64,000 nucleotides of DNA from an uncultured delta proteobacterium (GTDB taxonomy: Bacteria > Desulfobacterota > WTBG01), in assembly GCA_963751515.1 (NCBI GenBank), contig CAVVUR010000002.1, positions 69,888-133,887 of the forward strand. The letters run 5' to 3'. The notes beneath the pieces are model-generated. The model had not been told where the DNA came from. It saw only the letters and a list, made by a program, of their open reading frames with translations, and ran no database searches. Each line of letters begins with the position of its first letter. Within the stretch, counting starts at the first letter, position 1. The position numbers and the translations under genes are program-made. Positions 8,773 to 18,700 of this stretch are shown here, piece by piece.

Positions 8773-9459
8773 ATGCAGATGCTGTATGAATTGGCCCGGG
8801 GACCGCTGGTGTGGATCTCGGCGCTTATTTTTATGTGCGGCATTGCCGTGCGGGCCCTGCAGCTGTTTTTAGTAACCAGGCGGAAGGAGCGCATCCTTTG
8901 TCCCGCCCGCCCTACCGGGGAAGCCCCTCCCGCGGCCGCAACAGGCGAAGAGAAAAAGATAAACATGATTGTTGCCTTTCAGAACACGCTCATCGGGAAA
9001 AACCCGGTCATGGCCATCGTGAGCGTGATATTCCACAGCTGTCTTTTTCTCGCCCCCCTTCTTGCCCTCGGCCACAGCCTCCTCATCTACGAGTCCTGGG
9101 GGATATCCCTCCCCAGCCTGCCTGACCGGTTGATCGATCTTTTAACCATGATCCTTGTGGCCTGTGCCTTCTTTTTTCTGATGCGCCGCATCGTGATTCC
9201 CCGGGTGCAGGCCATCTCCGGCGCCTATGATTATGCCGTGCTCTTCCTGACCGCCGCTCCGTTTCTGACCGGCCTTTTCGCCTATCATCAGTGGTTTGAT
9301 TACAAGACGGTCATTACCCTGCATATGCTTGCGGGCGAGGCAATGCTTATTGCCATTCCTTTCAGCAAGATCGGGCACATGGTCTTTTTCTTTTTTGTGC
9401 GGATGCTCATGGGCGGCGAATACGCTTTCGGGCGGGGCAACAGGACCTGGTCGCGGTAG
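8773..9459 (+). CDS. NarI/DsrM/HmcE-like integral membrane cytochrome b-type subunit
   Basis: 228 aa with ~5 predicted TM helices and conserved His residues in the helices. Resembles the nitrate reductase gamma / HmcE / DsrM family. AAGGAG RBS. Confidence 0.6.
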   Translation: MQMLYELARGPLVWISALIFMCGIAVRALQLFLVTRRKERILCPARPTGEAPPAAATGEEKKINMIVAFQNTLIGKNPVMAIVSVIFHSCLFLAPLLALGHSLLIYESWGISLPSLPDRLIDLLTMILVACAFFFLMRRIVIPRVQAISGAYDYAVLFLTAAPFLTGLFAYHQWFDYKTVITLHMLAGEAMLIAIPFSKIGHMVFFFFVRMLMGGEYAFGRGNRTWSR

Positions 9460-9477
9460 GAAGGAAAAGGAGACCCG

Positions 9478-9909
9478 ATGTCTGAACATGAGAAACCGGC
9501 GGCCGACACGGCGAAAATCAGGGAGCTGCTCGGGCAGAAAAAGAGCAGGATGAAGCTCTGTCTCGCCGCGTGCGCAAGCTGCAGCCTGTGCGCGGAGAGC
9601 TGTTTTCTTTTCATGAGCCATGACAAGGATCCCCGCTACATGCCCTCGTATAAAGTGGTGCGTTCCCTGGGGCGGCTTTACAAAAAACGCGGCAGGGTAA
9701 ACCGCGCCCAGCTTGAAGAGATGAAGGAGCTGGTCTTCAGGAACTGCGCGCTCTGCGGACGCTGCTATTGTCCCTTCGGCATTGATATTCCCAATATGAT
9801 TGCCTTTGCGCGGTCCATTTTGCGCTCGCAGGGCATTTACGGCATGTATCCGCATTCGGTGGGCGGCCCGGAGGCTGAGTACCGCGACAGCGCCGGGAAG
9901 CAGGAATGA
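9478..9909 (+). CDS. HdrC / HdrD-N-terminal-like 2x[4Fe-4S] protein (no CCG domain)
   Basis: 143 aa with two ferredoxin-type Cys clusters, CASCSLCAESC and CALCGRCYCP. No CCG-domain Cys motifs are visible in it or downstream. Confidence 0.6.
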   Translation: MSEHEKPAADTAKIRELLGQKKSRMKLCLAACASCSLCAESCFLFMSHDKDPRYMPSYKVVRSLGRLYKKRGRVNRAQLEEMKELVFRNCALCGRCYCPFGIDIPNMIAFARSILRSQGIYGMYPHSVGGPEAEYRDSAGKQE

Positions 9910-9951
9910 TGGGGGTGCAGCACGTCGAGCACGTTCGATGGCTAACCTTGT

Positions 9952-10081
9952 CACCCTGAATCCTTTGCTGTCATTCTGAGCGCAGCGAAGAATCTCATAG
10001 AATCAAATAAAATGGAGATTCTTCGGCTGATGCCTCAGAATGACATTATGACACAGTCTCACAAGGGAGAGGGTCAGGGTG
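9952..10081. repeat. Nested palindromic element carrying the GTCATTCTGAGCGCAGCGAAGAATCTC motif
   Basis: Inner inverted repeat GTCATTCTGAGCGCAGCGAAGAATCTC / GAGATTCTTCGGCTGATGCCTCAGAATGAC (9970-10044). Outer inverted repeat CACCCTGA / TCAGGGTG. The same motif recurs at 22617 and 23091. Confidence 0.8.
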
Positions 10082-10127
10082 AGGGGTAAGTGATGAGAAG
10101 TGAAATCCACGCAAGGGAGCGTAAGAC

Positions 10128-10805
10128 ATGGTTATAGCGGAGATTAAGCCACTGGAAGAGATAAAGGCGATGCTCAGGGGCTATGGGCAGGTGCTTACGG
10201 TGGGATGCGGAGGATGCGTCGCCGTCTGCCTGGCCGGGGGCCAGAAGGAAGTTGACAATTTGAACCTCCGTCTGTCGCTGTCATTCAAAGGGGAGGGGAT
10301 CCCCTTCAGCATCGGCGGGTATACAGTGGAGCGCCAGTGCGAGGTGCCCTTTTTGACCGAGCTTGACCGGATGGTCAAACCGTACGGGGCGCTTCTCTCC
10401 ATGGCCTGCGGTGCGGGCATTCAATTTCTGGCGGAGCGGTTTCCCGACCAGCCGGTTTTCCCGGCGGTCAACACCACCTTTGTGGGTGTCAACCGGGATA
10501 TCGGATGGTATGAAGAGCGCTGCAAGTGCTGCGGGGACTGCGTGCTGGACATGACCGCCGGAATTTGTCCGGTGACCATGTGCGCCAAATCCCTCTTTAA
10601 CGGGCCCTGCGGCGGGCCCAAAGACGGCCATTGCGAGGTAAGCGCGGACATCCCCTGCGCCTGGGTGAATATCTACGAACGGCTGAAGGCGCAGGGCAGG
10701 CTGGACGGCATTCATAAAATATACGCCCCCAGGGAGTGGCAGGACCAGATTCAGAGAAGCACTATTTTGGAAGAGTACCGGGAGAGATATACGCCGAAAT
10801 CCTGA
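10128..10805 (+). CDS. metV: Methylene-THF reductase accessory subunit MetV (MTHFR C-terminal-domain protein)
   Basis: 225 aa, Cys-rich. Carries the motif CPVTMCAKSLFNGPCGG typical of MetV-type proteins and lies immediately upstream of metF. Confidence 0.8.
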   Translation: MVIAEIKPLEEIKAMLRGYGQVLTVGCGGCVAVCLAGGQKEVDNLNLRLSLSFKGEGIPFSIGGYTVERQCEVPFLTELDRMVKPYGALLSMACGAGIQFLAERFPDQPVFPAVNTTFVGVNRDIGWYEERCKCCGDCVLDMTAGICPVTMCAKSLFNGPCGGPKDGHCEVSADIPCAWVNIYERLKAQGRLDGIHKIYAPREWQDQIQRSTILEEYRERYTPKS

Positions 10806-10874
10806 AAAGCCACATGCCCTGCCCTTCTGATTCAGCCGGGAGCCGGGGCACAGCATCCAAACGGGAGCCGCGAG

Positions 10875-11798
10875 ATGAAATCAGGAAGCAATTTGGAGAA
10901 GGTGCTCAGCGCGGGGAAATTCGCCGTAACCGGGGAGCTCGGCCCTCCCCGGGGGGCGGACGCGGAGGTGATACAGGAAAAGGCGAAGCATTTCAAAGCC
11001 ACGGTTGACGCCATCAATATTACCGACAACCAGACGGCGGTGGTGCGCATGGCCAGCTGGGCAGCCTGCACCCTGCTCATCAGGGAGGGGCTGGAGCCCA
11101 ATTACCAGATGGTCTGCAGGGACCGCAACCGCATTGCCATGCAATCCGACATCCTGGGGGCATATGCCCTGGGCATCAGGAACATGCTCTGCCTCTCCGG
11201 CGACCACCAGATCTTCGGCGACCACCCCAAAAGCAAGAAGGTGTTTGACATTGATTCAGTCCAGCTCATCGGCATGGTCAAAAAGATGCGCGACGAGAAG
11301 ACATTTTTAAACGGCGAGGCGCTTACCAAGGCCCCCGAAATGTTTATCGGTGCCGCCGCGAACCCTTTTGCCGAGCCCTACGAATTCAGGGTCCACCGGC
11401 TGGCCAAAAAGATAGCGGCGGGAGTCGACTTCATACAGACCCAGTGCATTTATAACATGGAGCGGTTCAGGGCGTGGATCACGCAGGCGCGCGACATGGG
11501 TCTCACCGAAAAGGTGTACATCCTGGCCGGGGTCACCCCCATGAAGTCGCTGGGCATGGCGCGCTACATGCAGAAAAACGTTCCCGGCATGGATGTCCCC
11601 GACTGGGTGATCAAGCGGATTGAGGGCGTTGAGAAAAAGGCCCAGGCGGCCGAGGGCATCGCCATCTGCTGCGAGCAGATCGAGGAATTCAAAACCATGA
11701 AAGGGGTGGCAGGGATCCACCTTATGGCCATCGAGTGGGAGCACCGCGTCCCGGAGATTGTCCAGAAGGCCGGGCTGCTGCCCCGCCCCGTTGCGTAA
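10875..11798 (+). CDS. metF: 5,10-methylenetetrahydrofolate reductase
   Basis: 307 aa with a MetF-like TIM barrel (AINITDN, LCLSGDH, FIGAAANP, DFIQTQ). Confidence 0.85.
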   Translation: MKSGSNLEKVLSAGKFAVTGELGPPRGADAEVIQEKAKHFKATVDAINITDNQTAVVRMASWAACTLLIREGLEPNYQMVCRDRNRIAMQSDILGAYALGIRNMLCLSGDHQIFGDHPKSKKVFDIDSVQLIGMVKKMRDEKTFLNGEALTKAPEMFIGAAANPFAEPYEFRVHRLAKKIAAGVDFIQTQCIYNMERFRAWITQARDMGLTEKVYILAGVTPMKSLGMARYMQKNVPGMDVPDWVIKRIEGVEKKAQAAEGIAICCEQIEEFKTMKGVAGIHLMAIEWEHRVPEIVQKAGLLPRPVA

Positions 11799-11830
11799 GA
11801 TCATACCGGTTTACAGGTCAGGGCACGTGA

Positions 11831-13594
11831 ATGAATAAGAAATGGTTGGCATTGGTGGTCATGGCGTCTTTTTGTATCTGTCTGGGGATCATCGGGAAGA
11901 AGTCAGGTGTTTCCTCGGAAGAAGCGGCGGTGGATGCGGTGGTTCAGGAAAGCGGCATCACCGAGGAGACGCTCGCGCCCGACGTGCAGCCTCCTGCAGT
12001 GGAAAAAAAGGAATTGCCGGAGCGGCCGCGCTTTATCACGCTGCCGGAACTGTTTAAGGAGCTTGAGAGGGCGCCGGTAAAGTTCAACCACGACAGGCAC
12101 GCGCGCAGGTTAGAAAAGGATGGGTGCACCCTCTGCCATGCCAAGAACGACGATGAAAAGCTCCTGTTTACCTTTCCCAAGGAGCGGGACGAGAGCGATA
12201 AAGACGCGCTGATGAATTCGTATCACGACACCTGCATCACCTGCCACCAGGAGAAAACCGGCGCGGGGGAGAAGGGGGGGCCGGTCACCTGCGGGGAATG
12301 TCATGTCATCGGCGGGGAGTATCTGAAGCGGGAATATCTCCCGGTCATGCCTGAGTACTACGAGGTATTGCGAGACACCTATCACAAGGACTGCATTTCC
12401 TGTCACCAGGAACCCGCCACGGCGGCGGAAGATGCCGGGGGCCTTGACTGGAAGGCCTTCTATGTGAAGGAACGCGCCCTGACCGAAGATGCCTGGCCCA
12501 AGGTTCTCTTTGACTACCTGATTCACGACAAGCACAGCAAAACGCTCGAAGAGAAATGCGAGCTCTGCCATTATATTTCCCCTGAGCGTAAAGCGCAGCT
12601 GGCGGCCGAGGGAAAAGAGCCCGCCTGCAAGGACTGGCTCAGGGAGATTGACGCAAAGAACAGCTTGACCGAGGAGGAGAGCGCACACTTCCGCTGCTTA
12701 AACTGCCATTTTGCGCGGAAAGAGAAACAGGAGAAGGGTGGGCCGCTTTACTGCAATGAATGCCACACGGGTACAGAGCGCACCATCGAAGAAATGGCCG
12801 CTGTTTCCCGCCAGGACTGTGAACAGGAGGAGAAGATCCTTATCATGATAGAAGAAGGGTCCCGGGCCAAGGGGGTGCCGTTCAACCACAAGGGACACCA
12901 GGAAAAAACCCGTTCCTGCCAGGACTGCCACCATCAAACCCTGCGGCCCTGTGTTGAATGCCATACGGTGGAGGGGTGCGACGAGGGTGAAGGCATCACC
13001 CTGGCAGAGGCATATCACCAGGCTTCATCGCCCTGGAGCTGCATCGGATGTCATGAAATTGAAAAGAAGAAGGCGGACTGCGCCGGCTGCCACCACCGCC
13101 TCAAGGGAGGACTGGTTGAATCCTCCTGCGGCACCTGCCACACAGGGGAGCTTGCAAGCCTTGAAACGGCCAAAAAACTTCCTGACCCGAAGGAGCTGTT
13201 CCCCGATGACCTTGAGGATGAGCTGGAGATCAAGGTCCTGGAAAACGAGTACCGGCCTTCAAAGGTAAAACACCTGCAGATCCTGAGGAAGCTCACTGAC
13301 ATTTCAAACGAAAGCAAGCTGGCACAGCATTTTCATGTTGAGGAGAACACCGTCTGCGCCGGCTGCCACCATCTGGGACCCCTGGAGAAGCGGGCACAGG
13401 TTCCGTCCTGCGCGACGTGCCACACCGTCCGCAAGGAACCCGAGTCTGCTACACCAACCCTGCTCGGCGCCTATCACCAGCAGTGCCTGGGCTGCCACAA
13501 GCAGATGGGCGGCAAGGAAGAAGACATGCCTCAGACCTGCACCGGCTGTCATGAGGAGAAGAAGGCAGAACAGGCTCAGGCGGTCAAAGAATAG
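11831..13594 (+). CDS. 16-haem periplasmic cytochrome c (HmcA-like)
   Basis: 587 aa with an N-terminal signal/anchor. I counted 16 CxxCH motifs, the number found in high-molecular-weight cytochrome HmcA. Confidence 0.85.
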   Translation: MNKKWLALVVMASFCICLGIIGKKSGVSSEEAAVDAVVQESGITEETLAPDVQPPAVEKKELPERPRFITLPELFKELERAPVKFNHDRHARRLEKDGCTLCHAKNDDEKLLFTFPKERDESDKDALMNSYHDTCITCHQEKTGAGEKGGPVTCGECHVIGGEYLKREYLPVMPEYYEVLRDTYHKDCISCHQEPATAAEDAGGLDWKAFYVKERALTEDAWPKVLFDYLIHDKHSKTLEEKCELCHYISPERKAQLAAEGKEPACKDWLREIDAKNSLTEEESAHFRCLNCHFARKEKQEKGGPLYCNECHTGTERTIEEMAAVSRQDCEQEEKILIMIEEGSRAKGVPFNHKGHQEKTRSCQDCHHQTLRPCVECHTVEGCDEGEGITLAEAYHQASSPWSCIGCHEIEKKKADCAGCHHRLKGGLVESSCGTCHTGELASLETAKKLPDPKELFPDDLEDELEIKVLENEYRPSKVKHLQILRKLTDISNESKLAQHFHVEENTVCAGCHHLGPLEKRAQVPSCATCHTVRKEPESATPTLLGAYHQQCLGCHKQMGGKEEDMPQTCTGCHEEKKAEQAQAVKE

Positions 13595-13612
13595 AAGGCA
13601 CACAAAGCATTC

Positions 13613-14536
13613 ATGAGAAGTTCCAGACGGACATTTTTACAAAGGACAGCGGGTGTTGCCGGTCTGCTCCTGCTGAGCGGCCGGAGAGAGTCCGAAGCAT
13701 CCCGTCTGCAGGTCAATCCGGATCAGTGCGGCGTGCTGGTTGACACAACGCGCTGCGTGGGATGCCGGAACTGCGAAAAGGCCTGTAATGAGATAAACGA
13801 AGACCTTCCCCGCAGGCCGGCGGAGTGGTTTAAGGATGAGTCGGCATTGATGGAGAAGCGGCGGATGGACTATGGAGCTTACACCGTGGTCAACCGCTAT
13901 GAAAGCACGCCGGGAAGCAAGCCCTATTTTACAAAATTTCAGTGCATGCACTGCCTATACCCTGCCTGCGTTTCCGCCTGCATCGTCGGCGCTTTTACCC
14001 GGGACCCCAGCGGGGCGGTCATCTATGACGCCTGGAAGTGCATTGGCTGCCGCTACTGCATGGCTGCCTGTCCTTTCCAGGTGCCCGCGTATGAATTCGG
14101 CAACGTACTGACGCCTCAGGTGAGAAAGTGCACTTTCTGCTTCCAGACACGGCTGGCGAAGGGCGGAGTGCCCGCCTGCGTGGAATCATGCCCCATGGAG
14201 GTTATGACCTTCGGGAAGCGGAATGACCTTATCATGCGGGGAAGAGAACTGATCCGGAAATACCCCGGCGTCTATGTCCCTCATATCTATGGTGAGCAGG
14301 AGGCGGGAGGAACTGCGTGGCTTTATTTATCAGGTGTTCCTTTCGGGGAAATAGATTTCCCCACCCTTGGATACCATCCCTCGCCGGGCTTTACCGAACC
14401 GATTCAGCATACTATTTTTAAATGGTTTCTCCCGCCGATGGGATTGTACGCAACCCTGGGCGGCATCATGTGGTACCTGCGGAACAGAAAAAAAAGTAAT
14501 AATCCCAACCAGGATGCGCAGGGGAAACGGGGCTGA
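13613..14536 (+). CDS. Periplasmic 4x[4Fe-4S] ferredoxin-like subunit with Tat signal (HmcB/HybA/PsrB-like)
   Basis: Twin-arginine signal SRRTFLQ, several CxxCxxCxxxC clusters and a C-terminal TM helix. Confidence 0.8.
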   Translation: MRSSRRTFLQRTAGVAGLLLLSGRRESEASRLQVNPDQCGVLVDTTRCVGCRNCEKACNEINEDLPRRPAEWFKDESALMEKRRMDYGAYTVVNRYESTPGSKPYFTKFQCMHCLYPACVSACIVGAFTRDPSGAVIYDAWKCIGCRYCMAACPFQVPAYEFGNVLTPQVRKCTFCFQTRLAKGGVPACVESCPMEVMTFGKRNDLIMRGRELIRKYPGVYVPHIYGEQEAGGTAWLYLSGVPFGEIDFPTLGYHPSPGFTEPIQHTIFKWFLPPMGLYATLGGIMWYLRNRKKSNNPNQDAQGKRG

Positions 14537-14538
14537 TC

Positions 14539-15750
14539 ATGGACGTTCACCAACACGCGGCACCGGTGCAGAAAAAGTTTTTTACCCGGGGCATGATAAT
14601 GCTGACCGCAATCATGCTCAGCGGGCTCGCGTTCGGCCTCTACCGCATGTTATTCGGCCTTAAGGCAGTCACCAATTTAAATGACCAGTATCCGCTGGGT
14701 CTCTGGATCGGGGTTGATGTGGCCACCGGTGTCGCGCTGGCGGCCGGCGGCTTTACTTCGGGCGCGCTGGTCTACGTTTTCAACCGCGAGAACTTTCACG
14801 CGGTCATCCGCCCTGCCCTGCTGACCGCCCTGCTCGGCTACACCTTTGTGGGTATCGGGCTCATGTTTGACCTGGGACGCTGGTATAACATCTGGCATCC
14901 GGCGGTTCCCTCCATGTGGCAGGGAAATTCCGTGCTGTTTGAAGTCGGCATGTGCGTGATGATCTATCTGACGGTCCTGTATATGGAGTTTGTCCCCGTT
15001 GTCTGCGAGCGTTTCATCGGTCGCGTCAAACTTCCCGGCCCGCTCGGCCGGTTTAATGACAGGGTGGACATTGCGCTCCGGTTCGCCGACCATATCCTGG
15101 GCCGGATCATGTTTCTCTTCATCATTGCCGGCATAACCCTCTCCTGCCTGCACCAGTCCTCCCTCGGCACCCTTATGGTCATTGCCCCTTACAAGATGCA
15201 CCCCCTCTACCGATCGCAACTGGGACCGCTCTTCTTCCTTACCTCCGCCTTCGCAGTGGGACTTTGCATGATCATCTTTGAATCGATGATTGCCGGCAGG
15301 GCCTTCGGGCGAAAACCGGAGATGCATGTGCTCACCCCGCTCGCAAAAATCATCCCCTGGCTGCTGGGTTTGTACATTGCCGTCAAGCTGGGAGATATGC
15401 TATGGAGGGGAAGTTACCTCTATCTTATGGATGACCATCCTGCAGTTATAATGTTCTGGATTGAATTCGGCCTCCTGACCGTGGCGCCGTTCTTCATGTT
15501 CATGTCATCGGATATCCGCCGCTCGCCCCGCTCTCTTTTTATCGCCGCCTCCATGTATATCGTCGGGATTCTGCTAAACCGGTCAACCGTCTTTTTCATT
15601 GCTTACCAGCCGCGCTACGCGGTTAAGGCCTATGTTCCCGCCATGGGTGAATTTGCCCTGACCATCGGACTCATTCTCACCGTTGTTTTTATCTACCGCG
15701 CCCTGGTATCCCTGCTGCCGGTGCTGCCCGCTCCGGAAAAAGAGAGCTGA
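14539..15750 (+). CDS. NrfD/PsrC-family quinone-interacting membrane subunit (HmcC-like)
   Basis: 403 aa, ~10 TM helices; translationally coupled to the preceding FeS subunit (2-nt gap). Confidence 0.75.
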   Translation: MDVHQHAAPVQKKFFTRGMIMLTAIMLSGLAFGLYRMLFGLKAVTNLNDQYPLGLWIGVDVATGVALAAGGFTSGALVYVFNRENFHAVIRPALLTALLGYTFVGIGLMFDLGRWYNIWHPAVPSMWQGNSVLFEVGMCVMIYLTVLYMEFVPVVCERFIGRVKLPGPLGRFNDRVDIALRFADHILGRIMFLFIIAGITLSCLHQSSLGTLMVIAPYKMHPLYRSQLGPLFFLTSAFAVGLCMIIFESMIAGRAFGRKPEMHVLTPLAKIIPWLLGLYIAVKLGDMLWRGSYLYLMDDHPAVIMFWIEFGLLTVAPFFMFMSSDIRRSPRSLFIAASMYIVGILLNRSTVFFIAYQPRYAVKAYVPAMGEFALTIGLILTVVFIYRALVSLLPVLPAPEKES

Positions 15751-15799
15751 AACAGCAGGGGTGTTTCAAGCCATTGTCCATATAAGTGCGACCGGCATC

Positions 15800-18700
15800 T
15801 TAAGGCACTGAACAGCCGGCGCAGTCGGCCCGCAAAAACTGCTCTTTCATGATTACCAGGTCGGCGAGGTTGACACTGCCGTCATTGTTGCCATCAGCCT
15901 CACAGGGGTTGCTGCCGCAGCCGGTGCTGAGGAACTCCCTCTTCATTATTACCAGGTCTGAAAGATCAACTTTGGCATCACAGTTACAATCTGCGTAACA
16001 CTCGCAGGCATCGCCGATCCCATTACCGGAAACATCACCCTGCCCCCGGTCACAGTAATGACCGTCTCCGCATGCAGGATCGCCGGTGCAGTCCCCCCCG
16101 GTCGCAATAACCACGCCGCTTGTTTCCTTCACGCACCTGCCCAACTCCGGGCCATTGGGAAGGTCAGGGCAGTTATCATCACAACCTTCGGTCAAGCCGC
16201 CTGAACAGAAATTATCGCCGGCGGTTCCGCTCGAGTCGCCGTCGGCCAGAACGCCGTCGCCATCCTCGTCCCCCGGATTTACACACCGGTCCAGTGGTTC
16301 ACTGCATACTAACGGGGGACAGGGATTCCCGGAGTGCTGGGAGCAACTGCCGGAGCTGCAGGTGTCGGCACCGTTGCAGAATGTACCGTCGTTACACACC
16401 GTGCCGTCGGCCCGGGGCCGGGAAATGCATTGATCAAGGGTGTCGTCACATACCCCCGCGGTGCACTGGTCGTCCAGGAACGAGCAGTCCCTGGCTGAAC
16501 CGGCCCCGCAGGTACCATCCGAACAGAAGTCTCCCACTGTGCAGTAGAGGCCATCTTCACACGGACTTCCGTTGGAGATGACGGTGTGTATGCAGGAGCC
16601 TGATCCGCTGCAGGTGTCGCTGGTACAGGAGTTGCCGTCATTGGAGCAGGGGGTTCCCGCCGGGTTATAGCAGCTGTCGGTGCCTTCCTGGCATTGCTTG
16701 CATTCCGTTTCCGGGCAGGGCGGTACGCCGGGGCGGCAATCGCCGACGGGATCGCACTGCTCGGGGCCATTGCAAAACAGGCCGTCACTGCAGAGGGCAT
16801 CGTCGGGTTCAAACCGGCAGCCGGTCAGCGGATCGCAGAAGTTATCGGTACAGCCGATACCATCATCACAGAGGGAATTGACGGGACTGTGCACGCAGGA
16901 CCTGCTGCCCTCAAGGCAGGAGTCTGCCGTGCAGTCAATGCCGTCGCTGCAATCAGGCGGACTGCCGCCATGGCAGATGCCGTCGGTTCCGCAGCTCTCC
17001 ACGCCGCTGCAGAAATATCCGTCATCGCACTCCCCGTCATCGCCGCACGCGGTGAAACAGAATTCCCCTGCCTGCACCGTGACAGCCAGCTGGAAAATTA
17101 AATCCTGCACCCCCACATTGATGGGAGTGAGCGTCCTGCACGCTCCCACCGGCGCCGAGGGTGAAACGCGATGCGCAAGGGTAAAGATGGGTCCGGCTCC
17201 GGGCTCAATGAGGTTCCCGATGAAAGAAACCAGGGACACCCGGCAGCAACCGTTGACTTCATTGGATGAACAGGTGAACCCCGCTGTGCGTTCCGTAGTC
17301 GTACAGCCGCTGCAGGTAAGGTAGTTATCTGTATCACAGATTTCCATCTGCATGCCTTTCACCTCACTGAAGGAGGTGGCAAGACTCACCTCAGCTTCGC
17401 CCCCGGCTGAGCCGGGAGGTCCCGTGCCGTCTTCCACGGTGATGGTGATCGGCTGACACTGGTCTGTCGCCTCATTGCAATCCCGGCCCCTGCAGGGGTA
17501 GTCATTGGGAAACTGAAACAGCAGATCGCAGACGCCGGTATCACAGGTTTCTGTCCCGTTGCAGAAGAGGCCGTCATTACAGTCTTCATCCTGTGTGCAG
17601 TTGCAGAGATCCTGCGACTCATTACAGACCGATCCCGATGGACAGGGATCGCCGGCGTGCAGCGAGCACATTCCGCCGCTGCAGGTGTCCTTGCCGTTGC
17701 AAAACGCCCCGTCATTACAGGAGGCGCTGTTGGGGAGCTGCACGCAGCCGCCCGACCCGTCACAGACATCGTCGGTACAGAGGTTTCCGTCATCACCGCA
17801 GCGGGTTCCGGCCGGGTCGAAACAGCTGTCGGATGCTTCCTGACAGGCGTTGCACTCCGTGCCGGGGCAGGGGGCTGTGCCGGGCTGACAGAATCCGCCC
17901 CCACAGGTCTCCAGTCCGTTGCAGAATAACCCATCGTCACAATCTTCGTCATCGGTGCAGGGGATGAGACAGATATCCTGTGCCTCGTCGCAGGTGGAAG
18001 CGGGAGCGCAGGGATCACCGCTGTGGGTGCACACATTGTTTGCCTCATCGCAACCCTCCGCGCCGTTGCAGAAGAATCCGTCGTTTCCGCAGGGAGGAGT
18101 GCCCGCACGGCAGATACCCTCGCACTGTTCTTCACCGTTGCAAAAAATACCGTCATCACAATCGGCATCGGAGGTGCATACGTAAAAGCAGAACGAACCC
18201 TTCCCGGTTATCACCGGGAGCTCGACGGGATTTCCGTTCACGTCCTCGCCCAATACCGATACCTCTTCGGGGTTGAGGTCCCTGCACCCGGAGGAGGGGG
18301 CGCCCCGCGATACCCGGTAGGCAAGCGCAAATACCGGGCCTTCGCCCGGCGGGATAGGATCGGCAGCGCCTGAATTTATGGCAATGACCCTGACGCAGCC
18401 GTTGGTCAGGTTTTCATAGAAGCAGGAAAAGCCGGCGGGGGTACGCCCGGCAGGCTGGCAGCCGGTGCAATCGAGATAGTTATCCACATCACAGACATCA
18501 ACCGAGATGGCCCGTACCGGATTGCCGGGATTGGTGAGGCTTATCTCTACGGGATTGTTGGATGAACCCGGCAGACCCGATCCCTCTCCCAGGGTGAGGA
18601 AAAGAGGAGCTTCTCCCTCCAGGCAGAGATCCGTTTCCTCATCGCAGACGAACAGGGGCGGGGTCTGACAGGGGTAGGAGCCGGCACGGCAGTTGCCGCT

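Noticed and set aside
17386-18168. 260-aa alternative-frame ORF on the same strand inside the scaffoldin-like gene
   Set aside because: It is an out-of-frame overlap with low-complexity Ala/Thr/Pro/Arg composition. The annotated frame carries the repeated cohesin-like and Cys-rich modules.
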